From positions 1 through 62,954 of the forward strand of contig JARXPE010000004.1 in NCBI GenBank assembly GCA_029887795.1: a DNA stretch of 62,954 bases, written 5' to 3'. The stretch's first letter is position 1; every line of letters starts with the position of its first letter. Positions 51,001-60,265 of this stretch are shown here, piece by piece. The notes under the pieces are model-generated. The model saw only the letters and a list, made by a program, of their open reading frames with translations. It had not been told where the DNA came from and did no database searches. A program made the translations under genes and the position numbers. This DNA comes from Thermoproteota archaeon (lineage in GTDB: Archaea; Thermoproteota; Methanomethylicia; Methanomethylicales; Methanomethylicaceae).

Positions 51001-52506
51001 TAAAGGCACCTCTTGAGGGAACTCCGCGTTGACCCAAGCAAAGGAACTGGTGGGCACGTTTGAGATATTCACACTTGCCACTAAACCAGATAAATTCAAG
51101 TCTGGAGTCCCGTCAATAAGGATCTTTCTAATTTCTAATTTCAGCCAAGAAGGGGATGTGCTGGCGTTTCTAAGATAAATTTCGATGGTAGGAAGTTCCG
51201 ACTTCATTGCTACAAAGTGAGATGCCCACCACATGCTTTGAGAGATCGTCTGGTAAGATGTTGAAGTCCTAGGGTTCCCTCCGTAGCTGGAGTTGTATGT
51301 GAAAAGGACATATTTTATCTGGTTAAGGGTTGCAGTATACCCTTCGTAAGTTATGTGTATGTTGTTGTTGATGTCTGAGGCTATGCTCGGGTTCCTTCCT
51401 TGCTCATACCAAGAGCCGTTGCTTATTCTTGGAAAGCCATACCAAGCAAATGAGAAACCGTCATTGACACTCATCGAGTAGGTAATAAAAACATCGTAAT
51501 TGTAAACCGCAAAAATGGTTTTGTAGGGGTCTCCAGTTCTTGCCAAAGCCCTCTGATTGGCAGAGACTAACCCCGAGGCTTTAGTAGATACCTCCGGAGG
51601 TGTGGAGGGGCGGGGCGGCGAATACTCGGAGAGGTCGCCGTACCAACCTGAGCTATTTGAAGTGAAGTTCATGTTGCTTATTGGGAAAGTGGTTTGCTGC
51701 GATATGTTGGCTGAAAATACCATCCTTCTTTCATCTTCAGCGTAAGTATCTTCTAAGGATCCGCTCTCCCAAGATCCGTTAATCATGGTATAAGATGAGG
51801 CATTATACCTCCTAAGTATCTGAGTCAATGGAGAGCTCAGGAAGTACATGGACTGGGAGTCCTGAAGTTGCAGTAGCGAAACCGAGCCGTTGACATAAGA
51901 CCCCTGATAAACCGTGAAAGAGGACGGATGATACTCGTAGCTATCGAAGGAAGGAGAGGATGCGATGGTATAGTAGGACCCGTCGACGCTCTCGACCGAA
52001 GATGGTAGTGAGCCACTTACATAACTTCCGGTAATTATGTTGCATAGAGAGGGGTAGTAGGTCAATAGTGAAGGCATCGTTGGAATAATGTTGTATTTGA
52101 CGAGTTCCAATGATGAGGCAATTGTGCCCCTTTTGGTGGCGAGCTTAAAGTTCAGTGGTGCAGAAAGGTCAAGACCTCCTCTTGGGATGGCAATTCTCAC
52201 AATTTCTCCAGCAGAGACGTTATAATAAACCGGTACGCGCATTAAAAACGTCCCTGAGGGGGCTTCCACGTATACGCTGTCTACAACAGCGTCAATCCCT
52301 CCCCTGTTAAGCGTGTATATGTAGACGTGATCGCTGTCGGCAGCAACATTAATAATCTTGAGGTCCTCAAGAAGGTCTGAGGTTTGATACGGCCCAGTAG
52401 CTGTGAGTCGGGTCACCGAGCTGTATATGACTGAGGCGGAAGCCACAACTATCATGATAAGGAGTATGGAGGCGAATATTGGCGATACTCCTTTCCTATT
52501 TGCCAT
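48022..52506 (-). CDS. 1494-aa type IV pilin-like protein, probable adhesin
   Basis: Class III signal peptide RKG|VSPIFASILLIMIVV, pilin-like domain, then S/T/Y/N-rich beta domains; no C-terminal anchor. Confidence 0.8.
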   Translation of the reverse strand: MANRKGVSPIFASILLIMIVVASASVIYSSVTRLTATGPYQTSDLLEDLKIINVAADSDHVYIYTLNRGGIDAVVDSVYVEAPSGTFLMRVPVYYNVSAGEIVRIAIPRGGLDLSAPLNFKLATKRGTIASSLELVKYNIIPTMPSLLTYYPSLCNIITGSYVSGSLPSSVESVDGSYYTIASSPSFDSYEYHPSSFTVYQGSYVNGSVSLLQLQDSQSMYFLSSPLTQILRRYNASSYTMINGSWESGSLEDTYAEDERRMVFSANISQQTTFPISNMNFTSNSSGWYGDLSEYSPPRPSTPPEVSTKASGLVSANQRALARTGDPYKTIFAVYNYDVFITYSMSVNDGFSFAWYGFPRISNGSWYEQGRNPSIASDINNNIHITYEGYTATLNQIKYVLFTYNSSYGGNPRTSTSYQTISQSMWWASHFVAMKSELPTIEIYLRNASTSPSWLKLEIRKILIDGTPDLNLSGLVASVNISNVPTSSFAWVNAEFPQEVPLNKGSQYAVVLSTNGSFQWAYTTTSYAGSLGGWSYNMTSWLTYPHYNFCLRIPGWVGWTSSSPITIYSVPSTILLQRPVIATYPYLTSQDQQFYSAASSISVYGSNYYAQSFVPSSNVLSGIMLYLYRLGSPGDHLYVEIRKNNGTSPDMSSSGILASGRIDYGRVIDVAAAQWFDCIFALPAYLDTSQTYWIVVYSPGSSSSAYWIWYRSASDGYPNGNAASSSNGGQTWTPQAWDFSFRTYASKDERPALSWYYQAPTGTSRLRVMFIRCRPGLDPSLTPSWYNYAGSSNTPDNIYQVTATGETRVSMTFQPNTNNIYFIFTRADQQNIIYRRVYRWNPDTGNWGAISGSTTITSGVNYAEFSSAPEPYNNYVVFAFVLNTGYTQVRYFTSANAQINISPPSTSMRYPTLTCIAGRIYILYTDQSRIYYRYYDGSWSGEYLYYAGTQYSLPNSIYRPSFSSVDFVWLDRTEIILYGSIFPTGLAKTVGPNYDPANGNPYGSGGGSLSFDIDDAHFDYSFHRFIVSYFTNFTSPSSWEEAKASFAWQFNLTPTRKYNYGDYSHVKLDSVALVLADSGGNDLAVLYLDDNYGNGWVGLSVGYLYRTNISVNYPMQQNTDYQLKVLFNISCSDPSDLSHITTRIDDVGISFIGYSAVLNVEFSGTSDTDEWSKILVNMTSNVTTVPTECVVRVYNFDLGRYPVFGEQGYFNFTYQNLSEENRVLEIASGANSFRDASGSWNISISLACGSNELKFGLNMLNFIPMVNVHSVSVEFEGTSDTLEWISLLWNSTQAFSVPSVEVTIQLYNYTAGSYQSSGFGYLSYTSSNSPFSFESFSQSSTERPGDFKDASGNWKILISATKVGRQFYMLSDYMLYSPTLVSQQQIDAYFVFQNVVVGTIFNMTYNITSLFNMTSVNVTFQLWDYSTSSWSTVYSINYISGPANTPEIASITVTSDFLKYISSGESRLRIYAFKNEQSPFDFNADQIKLDVWAL

Positions 52507-52850
52507 AGAACTCGATGTAATTTTATTCCTTTAAATGTTTAACTTTATCGGTGCGAATCGGCTAATAGAACATATTATTCCCCATATAAATCTAGTAGGT
52601 CGAGCCCTCATAATAGCGAGTTAAGGGCTGTCCAAGCTGGTTTTTATCCTGAAGATGTAGTCCATGATCCGCTTTATTGCTCTTGCAGCCTGCATGACAA
52701 GAAATCCCAGTTTGGGAATCTGGAGCTTCCTCGTCCGATTAAAATGGGCATTCATTCAGTGTGGGACTTCCCGATATTAATGCAGAGAGCACAACTAACT
52801 CAAAACGTCTTATATATTTGGCACGATATTATTTCAGTGTTGACCCGTAT

Positions 52851-53282
52851 ATGTCTAGAGGTATAAGCGAGATCGTTGCAACATTAATGATTATAACAAT
52901 AGTCTCCGGGATAAGCCTGAGCATCTATGTTTACAGTCTAGGTTACTTTACTGGAACAGCCTCGGCTTTCGGGGAGATCGTGAAGATGAACACTAACACT
53001 TTGAGAGAGAGATTTGCTGTGGTGGATGTGATAATAAGGAGCTCTACTGAGGGTACAGAGGTCTCGGCTGCGGTATACAACTACGGGAAGACAGAAATCA
53101 CCCTTAGAACGATGTTTTTAAACGGCACTGAGCTGAGCGTAGGGGGCCCGAAAGAAATCCTTCCTTCAGAGGTCGCATGGTTCAACGGGAGCATGTCAAT
53201 CGCATTAGTTAACGGGTCCATTTGTTCCTTGAGAGTCGTTAGTGAGTTGGGGAACTTCTATGAGACTACGGTGGTCTATTAA
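52851..53282 (+). CDS. archaeal type IV pilin (minor)
   Basis: MSRG|ISEIVATLMIITIV; VYNYG; VVSELGN. Confidence 0.85.
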   Translation: MSRGISEIVATLMIITIVSGISLSIYVYSLGYFTGTASAFGEIVKMNTNTLRERFAVVDVIIRSSTEGTEVSAAVYNYGKTEITLRTMFLNGTELSVGGPKEILPSEVAWFNGSMSIALVNGSICSLRVVSELGNFYETTVVY

Positions 53283-54114
53283 GACTAGGGATAAAGCGGT
53301 TGGCACGATTATAGGCGCAACGATCTTCCTAGGAATTTTCTTAGTATCTGTGTCCCTCTTGTTGTTTTGGATGCAAAGCTACGCGAACTACGCGGGAGCG
53401 GCGTTAAAAGAGACGGGATTTGAAGTGGAAAGGGCGAGGGAAGATCTGGTATTGACATTTTTAAATTCCACGGCGAAGCTTAAAGTGATCGCAAGAAACC
53501 CAACGCCGTACACAATTATAATAACCCAAGTATGGTCAAACCACTCGTTTCTGACCGGGGAGTGGGTCGTGCCCGCAAAGGGGAGTGCCGAGATCAATAC
53601 TACGCTTGATTATGCAGGGATGGCTCTATGCAAGGTCGTAACAAGCAGGGGTAACATATTCTCAGGCCCCCAGACCGTTGGTGAGGACTTGGAGGAGTAT
53701 ATGATAGAGGAGGGGAGGTGGTATGTTCAATGGTACAACCTCTCCGCCAGACGTGTCTTTGATATGAAACTGGGAGAGAGCTACTGGCAGAGCCTGAGCA
53801 TATCGTTCCAGTGGGGGTCTGCACAAAATGATCCTATATTCGGAGGGTACACGAAGGTCGGCTTTAATGCGACAACGCGCGTGGTGGCATTTGGAACTAA
53901 GATGTACATAAACTGGTATGTGAATGAGGATGCGAGAGTGATAATAAAGGAATTGAACATAGACTCTGGCTGGCAGACTGGAGCAGGGTATGTTGAGGCT
54001 AACGTTTCGCCAGGAGGTGCCTACACAGTCACAGTACTCTACAGCAGGTGGACGGGCGCGCCCTTCATGACTCTGAATGTGGTGAATGCCGACTTTATAA
54101 GTTCGGTCAGGTAA
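53260..54114 (+). CDS. pilin-like protein (minor pilin) with C-terminal beta domain
   Basis: RDKA|VGTIIGATIFL hydrophobic segment; KVVTSRGN. Confidence 0.7.
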   Translation: MRLRWSIKTRDKAVGTIIGATIFLGIFLVSVSLLLFWMQSYANYAGAALKETGFEVERAREDLVLTFLNSTAKLKVIARNPTPYTIIITQVWSNHSFLTGEWVVPAKGSAEINTTLDYAGMALCKVVTSRGNIFSGPQTVGEDLEEYMIEEGRWYVQWYNLSARRVFDMKLGESYWQSLSISFQWGSAQNDPIFGGYTKVGFNATTRVVAFGTKMYINWYVNEDARVIIKELNIDSGWQTGAGYVEANVSPGGAYTVTVLYSRWTGAPFMTLNVVNADFISSVR

Positions 54115-54182
54115 TAAAAAGTTACCTAAAATAAAAAATTATTATTTAAATAAAAAAATAAAGAAATAAAAAAATAAAAAAA
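54115..54182 (-). terminator. long T-rich tract, probable terminator of the pilin gene
   Basis: Repeated poly-T runs on the minus strand right after the 54183 stop codon. Confidence 0.45.
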
Positions 54183-54680
54183 TTATTTCCTCACCGCAAA
54201 CTCAAGGGTCGTTCCATCCTCGCAAACTATGCGAATGGTTTGGGTCCTGGCAGCAGGGTTCGAAGACTCTATATATAAGGTTCCAACTGAGGCGACATCC
54301 AAGGAAGTAGTGGGTGTACCAGCAACAAAGAAAGCCCATTCCAGAGTGGTATTAACAGCCAGTTGGGTCCAGATTTGAGATTCGCTATTAGCCGTACTGT
54401 TATATGATATTTTTACTCCATCGACGTACACAGAATTTAATACGACAGCCTTTCCACCGGTGTTGCGTATGTATGCAGTAATTGAGCTGCTGGTTGTGCC
54501 GTTGACCGAGTAGGAGTCGTAGGTAAGTTGACCTTGAACGTTAGTGGAGGTCTGAGTGCCTGTGCCTACGAACCCCATGACAAAGGTGTAGGTCACAACT
54601 ACTGCTGCTACCGCGATGACTATGAGAAGCAAAGTCGCAATTATCGGTGAGACTCCTCTTCTATCTAAATTTATATTCAT
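54183..54680 (-). CDS. archaeal type IV pilin (probable major pilin)
   Basis: RRG|VSPIIATLLLIVIAVAA, YIRNTG, VYVDG. Confidence 0.9.
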   Translation of the reverse strand: MNINLDRRGVSPIIATLLLIVIAVAAVVVTYTFVMGFVGTGTQTSTNVQGQLTYDSYSVNGTTSSSITAYIRNTGGKAVVLNSVYVDGVKISYNSTANSESQIWTQLAVNTTLEWAFFVAGTPTTSLDVASVGTLYIESSNPAARTQTIRIVCEDGTTLEFAVRK

Positions 54681-54889
54681 GAATTAATGTTGAATTTGAC
54701 TTTAATATAAATATTTCCTTTTTATTTTTGCGATATTGGGAGTTTTGAGGTTCTCATGGTAAGTCGAGCATCCACTATGAACGGGGCTTCCATAACCGAG
54801 TCCGCCAATCGCATCGCCTGTTAAAATCCAAAAATTACCCTTCCCTTTTATATATGAAAAAGTAAAATATTCCAATAGATCACTAATTA

Positions 54890-56380
54890 GTGATGCAAAT
54901 GGAAGACATAGAAGTTCAGTTCAAGACTACATATCCTATCGAGGAGCCCTATGCTTATGCGGCAATCTTAGAGGATCCCCAGACTAAAGAGATCACATAT
55001 AAAGTGATAGAACCCACGCTTACGCCACAGGACAGATCCTTATTAGAGAAGATAAAGAAGATATTTCTTGACGAGCTTGACGTGGATGTTTCAGAACTGA
55101 ATAAAGAGAAAGCTCGCAAGATCATAGAAGAAAGAGTAAGAAAAATTATAAAGAACTATGAAATGAACCTAGACGAGGGAATGGTAAGAAAATTTCTCTA
55201 TTTTATAAATAGGGATTTCCTTGGATTCGAGAAGATCGATCCTTTGATGAAGGATCACTATATTGAAGATATATCATGTGATGGTGTAGGCGTGCCCATA
55301 TACGTCTGGCATCGGGAGTACGAATCGATCAAGACCAATCTCGTTTATGATAATGAGGAGGAGCTAAACAGGTTCGTTGTGAGGTTGGCATACCTTTGTG
55401 GAAAACACCTGTCTATAGCGGATCCGATTTTAGACGGCTCGCTCCCAGACGGTAGCAGGGTTAATGCCACATACAGCTCAGAGATCTCAAGGCGCGGGAC
55501 CACATTCACCATTAGGAGGTTCAGGGCAGATCCTCTTACGATTGCAGACCTAATCAATTTGGGCACGATCTCTTTGGATATAGCCGCATATCTTTGGTTC
55601 GTCATTGAGAATAAGAGTTCCATATTAATAGCCGGAGAGATCGCCTCAGGAAAGACTACTCTCCTCAACTGCACCTCGATGTTCATAAGGCCAGATATGA
55701 AGATAGTTTCCATAGAAGAGACGCCCGAGCTAAACCTCCCTCACATAAACTGGATACCGATGAACACCAGGACAGGCTTCGGTAGGAAGGGAAGCGATGT
55801 CACTCTATTCGATCTTTTAAAGAACGCTCTCAGGCAGAGACCTGATTACATAATCGTGGGCGAAGTGCGAGGGCAGGAGGCATTCACACTCTTCCAAGCA
55901 TTATCCACGGGTCACGGTGTTCAGGCGACAATCCACGCCGACACGCCGGAAAAGGTAGTAAGCAGGCTCGAGTCGGAGCCCATGAATGTGCCAAGACCAA
56001 TGATAGGACTGCTAGACATCATAATAGTACAGGGGAGGGTAAGGATTAATGAGAAACCTGCCAGAAGGACGTTATATGTAACAGAGGTCAAGGACTACGA
56101 TAGGGAGAACGATGAGATTCTGCTCAATGAGATCTCCAGATGGGAGCCTGCCAAGGATGAACATATCAAAACAGGAGAGAGTGTGCTTTTAAAGAAGATA
56201 GCTGAGAGAAAAGGATTTTCAATGGAAGAGGTCATGTCGGAGATAAACAAAAGAAAGGTCGTGCTGAACTGGATGGTCAAAAAGGGAATGAGGAGGTACA
56301 TGGAAATCGGGACCATGCTTCGGGAGTACTATGCGGATAAGGAGAGGACTTTCAAGAGGGCGCTGGTGGAGAGTTTATGA
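54890..56380 (+). CDS. type II/IV secretion (pilus assembly) ATPase
   Basis: IEDISCDG, LPDGSRV, TFTIRRF, GEIASGKTT, LRQRPDYIIVGEVRG, TGH...TIHA. Confidence 0.94.
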   Translation: MMQMEDIEVQFKTTYPIEEPYAYAAILEDPQTKEITYKVIEPTLTPQDRSLLEKIKKIFLDELDVDVSELNKEKARKIIEERVRKIIKNYEMNLDEGMVRKFLYFINRDFLGFEKIDPLMKDHYIEDISCDGVGVPIYVWHREYESIKTNLVYDNEEELNRFVVRLAYLCGKHLSIADPILDGSLPDGSRVNATYSSEISRRGTTFTIRRFRADPLTIADLINLGTISLDIAAYLWFVIENKSSILIAGEIASGKTTLLNCTSMFIRPDMKIVSIEETPELNLPHINWIPMNTRTGFGRKGSDVTLFDLLKNALRQRPDYIIVGEVRGQEAFTLFQALSTGHGVQATIHADTPEKVVSRLESEPMNVPRPMIGLLDIIIVQGRVRINEKPARRTLYVTEVKDYDRENDEILLNEISRWEPAKDEHIKTGESVLLKKIAERKGFSMEEVMSEINKRKVVLNWMVKKGMRRYMEIGTMLREYYADKERTFKRALVESL

Positions 56381-57264
56381 AGAGGAGGCGCCTCTCTTTT
56401 CCTGATATATACTATATATCATATAGACTCCTTGGAAGATGGGCAGAGCTCGTTCTGCCGTACTTTGAGGATCTTGAGAAGGATATAAAGCGCGCGGGTA
56501 TGAAGGTTTCGTTGAATAGATACGTCAGCAATATGTTGTTGGTCACATTCATCGCGTTCATATTGGGTTTTTTGTTACCACTGCCTATCCTGATCCCTAG
56601 GACGGCGGTCTTCTATGCTTTGACGGCGAGTCTAGGAATTGGGCTTTTGGCATCAGGGATATCATTCTGGATAATGTATGTAATCCCAAATGTACGTGCC
56701 AGTACCAGGAAAGATAGGATAGGGAGGGCTTTAAGCTTCGTAGTGAATTACATGGCAATATTGTCAACGGCGGGCGTAGTGCCAGAGAGGATCTTTAAGA
56801 GCATGTCCAGTTCCGATATAGACCCCATTTTAAGAGAAGAGGCCTCAGAGGTGGTGAGGGGGTTCGAGATCTTGGGGGAGGACTTCTATTCGGCGCTTCG
56901 GAGGAGATGTGATGAGACTTCTTCGAAGCAGTTCTCTGAGCTCCTAAGGGGATTATCAATGGTCAGTTTGGCTGGGGGGGACTTGACTAGGTACCTAAGG
57001 ACACAGGCAAAGTATTTTATGAGGATGAGGAGAGTGGCTCTAAGAAAGGGGCTGGACCAGCTTGGAGTCTTGGCAGAAGTCTATGTGACTGCAGGGATAG
57101 TCATGCCGATGGTGATAATCATAATGCTCTCTACCATGTCACTCATTGGAGGAGGGCTTATGAACGTTATTCCTTGGCTTTACTTGGTAACCTTCTTGAT
57201 TATACCAGTTGTATCCATTTTACTCATTATACTTATAGACACCATGGTGCCAAAGGAGGAGTGA
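56377..57264 (+). CDS. TadB/TadC-like pilus platform membrane protein
   Basis: T2SSF-like layout: TM pair, YMAILSTAG, GGDL..YL, C-terminal TMs. Confidence 0.88.
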   Translation: MKRRRLSFPDIYYISYRLLGRWAELVLPYFEDLEKDIKRAGMKVSLNRYVSNMLLVTFIAFILGFLLPLPILIPRTAVFYALTASLGIGLLASGISFWIMYVIPNVRASTRKDRIGRALSFVVNYMAILSTAGVVPERIFKSMSSSDIDPILREEASEVVRGFEILGEDFYSALRRRCDETSSKQFSELLRGLSMVSLAGGDLTRYLRTQAKYFMRMRRVALRKGLDQLGVLAEVYVTAGIVMPMVIIIMLSTMSLIGGGLMNVIPWLYLVTFLIIPVVSILLIILIDTMVPKEE

Positions 57265-57266
57265 TT

Positions 57267-58094
57267 ATGCCCTACGTCAAAAAGAACGAGAGATATATCT
57301 TATATGCGATATCCTGTGGCTCAGGGATTATTCTAGGGATCTTAGGCTACTACATAGGAACAAACAACGTCAGGCTCGGGGATTATATAATTGTAATAGC
57401 GGTCATGCTAACGTTATTCCCGCCAGGCGCTCTCGACTACTTTGAGTTCAGATGGAAAAAATCCATCGAGAACAGGATGCCAGACATTCTCTACGACATT
57501 GCCGAAGGGCAGTTGACTGGCATGACTTTTATAAGAGCACTACAGACTGCAGCTACAAAGGATTACAGTGCAGCATCTAGAGAGCTCAGGAGGGTGCTTG
57601 CGCAGATCAGACTTGGAATGAGTCTGGAAGAAGCATTCCAGTCTTTTGCAAAAAGGGTTGACTCTGAGATTGTGAAAAAAGTAGGAATTGTAATATCCGA
57701 GACCAGCAAGTTCGGGGGAGACGTATCAAAAATAATAAGGAGCCTGGCAGATTATGTAAAGGACATAATACTTATTAATGAAGAGAGAAGGGCTACTATG
57801 CGAATGTATATAGGGGTCACATACATAGCTTTCGGCGTTTTACTTTTTACGATAATGATACTTTTGAATAACTTCTTTGTGCCGATAATTCAGTTAAGCG
57901 GAACTGTGATCTTTGTATCACAAGCGCCCTACGAAGAGTACAGAAGAATTTTCTTTTATTTATGTGTTGTACAGGCCATCTCTTCAGGACTTGTTGCGGG
58001 AAAGATGGGGGAGGGGACGATGTCTGCCGGGTTGAAACATGTAGTTATTATGCTCTTCTTGACACTATTACTCTTCTCAATCTTCATAATGTGA
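57267..58094 (+). CDS. TadB/TadC-like pilus platform membrane protein
   Basis: MPDIL.DIAE...GM, LGMSLEEAF, GGDV, SGLVAGKMGEG..SAGLKH. Confidence 0.9.
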   Translation: MPYVKKNERYILYAISCGSGIILGILGYYIGTNNVRLGDYIIVIAVMLTLFPPGALDYFEFRWKKSIENRMPDILYDIAEGQLTGMTFIRALQTAATKDYSAASRELRRVLAQIRLGMSLEEAFQSFAKRVDSEIVKKVGIVISETSKFGGDVSKIIRSLADYVKDIILINEERRATMRMYIGVTYIAFGVLLFTIMILLNNFFVPIIQLSGTVIFVSQAPYEEYRRIFFYLCVVQAISSGLVAGKMGEGTMSAGLKHVVIMLFLTLLLFSIFIM

Positions 58095-58207
58095 AGGCTA
58101 TGCCATGGTAGCCTCAATCTTTCTTCCTTATAAATTGATATAATAAAAATTACTAAACATTGGGGAAGTTTTGGATTTTTCGGAAAACTTGCAAAAGATA
58201 CAGGCTA

Positions 58208-59218
58208 TTACGCCAAGACTTTGAGGCTTGTGGAAATAATGGACTTTAGAGGCGCCATTATGTCTGATACGGAAGTCCCTTCCACTATTTTTATTCCGTA
58301 AAGCGGGGCTAGTTTCTTTGCACCTTCCTGGATGCCCGGTATACAGACCAATATTGTGTTTGTTGGGTTGGTGTCCAATACTTTGACGAACAAGTTCATA
58401 ACAACAGATTCGTTAATTGGTTCTTTGGATACTGCGACATCCACGGCAACGGTGTTTCCAGACTTATCGACGCCCACTACATCGAAGGGGTGAGAAACGC
58501 CAGATTTCCCCAGAAGGGTTCCTGGTGAGCTCACGACATATCCCTCCTCTCTAAGTGTGCTTACTATAGGGTTGATGGCGAGGTGTCGCCGGGAGAATTC
58601 TTCTATGGCAGCTTTGTTTATTACAATGCGCCCAACGGAGGAAATGATTAAGCCATGCGCAGTTACCTCCTTCTTGCATCCCCTGCAGAGGTAGGTTATC
58701 TTCGGCAGGTCCATCTGCCGATAGCATGTGAGGCACCTGTACCAGACGCCAACAGTCCTATAGTCTCTGCCCTCTAGGGACAATTTAGATCCGCAGCTCG
58801 GACATATCAGCGTCCCTGTAGGGTCTTTAAACTTGGAGATAGGACCGATCACGCCATCCCTTATGTGCTCCAATAGCAACTCTTTGTAAAGTTGTGTTGA
58901 GTTACAGAAGTGGCAGTGGAAATAGACGCGGATTTGCTCAGACCCGCAATACGGGCACCTAAGTACTTGATCATGGTATTCTCTAGTGCCTAGACCTAGG
59001 GAGATGATCTTGTTTACAACCTCGATGGACTCAGTAGGAGAGACTTTGCAGGAGTTTATTATATCAGGGTAGACATATCCAAAACAAGCGTCAAATTCTG
59101 GTAGGAGCACATCTTTATTCCCCCTAACGAGATGTTCGAAAAGGCAGACTAGCCTCTGATCGCTTGTAATCGCCGAGTAATAAGAGCTTGGAGGGAGGGG
59201 CGACGACAATGACTCCAC
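58208..59218 (-). CDS. multi-zinc-ribbon (TackOD1-like) protein with C-terminal restriction-endonuclease-like fold
   Basis: CPYCGS, CHFC, LEH, CPSC...DY, CLTC...P, CRGC, then GKSGVSHPFDVV. Confidence 0.7.
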   Translation of the reverse strand: MESLSSPLPPSSYYSAITSDQRLVCLFEHLVRGNKDVLLPEFDACFGYVYPDIINSCKVSPTESIEVVNKIISLGLGTREYHDQVLRCPYCGSEQIRVYFHCHFCNSTQLYKELLLEHIRDGVIGPISKFKDPTGTLICPSCGSKLSLEGRDYRTVGVWYRCLTCYRQMDLPKITYLCRGCKKEVTAHGLIISSVGRIVINKAAIEEFSRRHLAINPIVSTLREEGYVVSSPGTLLGKSGVSHPFDVVGVDKSGNTVAVDVAVSKEPINESVVMNLFVKVLDTNPTNTILVCIPGIQEGAKKLAPLYGIKIVEGTSVSDIMAPLKSIISTSLKVLA

Positions 59219-60265
59219 CTACTCGATAGTAGTTATCATAAACATTAACTCATGAATATAAACTATCAATCAAGTATATAAATAATCATATAGTATGATT
59301 AAAGCCTTATTATGAATTTTAGTGAGATATAATTAACTTTGGGGTGGTGAACCGCCCTACTTGAAGCGCAGTTAGCTTCGGTGTTAAAGCTGCTTGGGGG
59401 TTAATTCTACCGCCAGAGGCACTCTTAGTGGGCGAGTCAGAGCTGCCAGCTACCTTATCTCTTTATTGTCAAATCCCTCTGCCTAGCACGGATTTTTAAG
59501 GTCAGTAGTTCTGAGTCCCAAAAGGAGTGGACCGGTTTGGACTTGAACCAACAGTCATGGGTGGATCTCCCATCCTCTTTTTTCCTATAATTGCACACAT
59601 ACTGGAGAACAGAATTCTGTCTAAACAAAAATCCCACACTACGTCAAATAAATCCATACATATTCACCATCACCTGATAGTCAGATTTCGTTTTTATTTT
59701 ATCAGCCATTTGTCACACTTACATAAAACCACCATCACCTTCCATAAAGATCACCCATTTTTCGCAATAAATTTTCCATTAGTTTTTGAGGGCAAGTCCT
59801 AAAAAAGTGCGATATGTTAACATTATGACTAAGATGGACAAGACAATGGTGGACTTATAGTAGAAGCAACATAATGAACGGCTCACTTTTTTCTTGAATC
59901 ATCTAAACTACTACTTCTTTTATTAAGACAAAGCTATTGCAGGAGTGCACATTTTATTGGGTAACAACCTGACAGTCTGGTCGCGCTCGGCTTGAAAGTC
60001 ATTAGGAAAATTTTCAAGTCCGGAGCCAGAGAGAGCATTCCCCTATACGTGTCATGTCATTTAAAATTATTATATCTAAACTAATCTAAACTAAAATATA
60101 TACTTCATAATATTATTCATCTATAACCTCAACTTTCATGAGGCTAATACTTTTAAATCTAGATATCCAATATGTGAATTTAACACATTTAAAAATAAAA
60201 TCTTTAATTATAAAAAATATTATAATTTATTTTATAAAAAATAAAAATTTATTTGTTATGCGGTA

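Noticed and set aside
48022-58094. Archaellum operon
   Set aside because: No FlaH/F/G-like genes; pilin signal sequences and two TadB/C-like proteins indicate type IV pili
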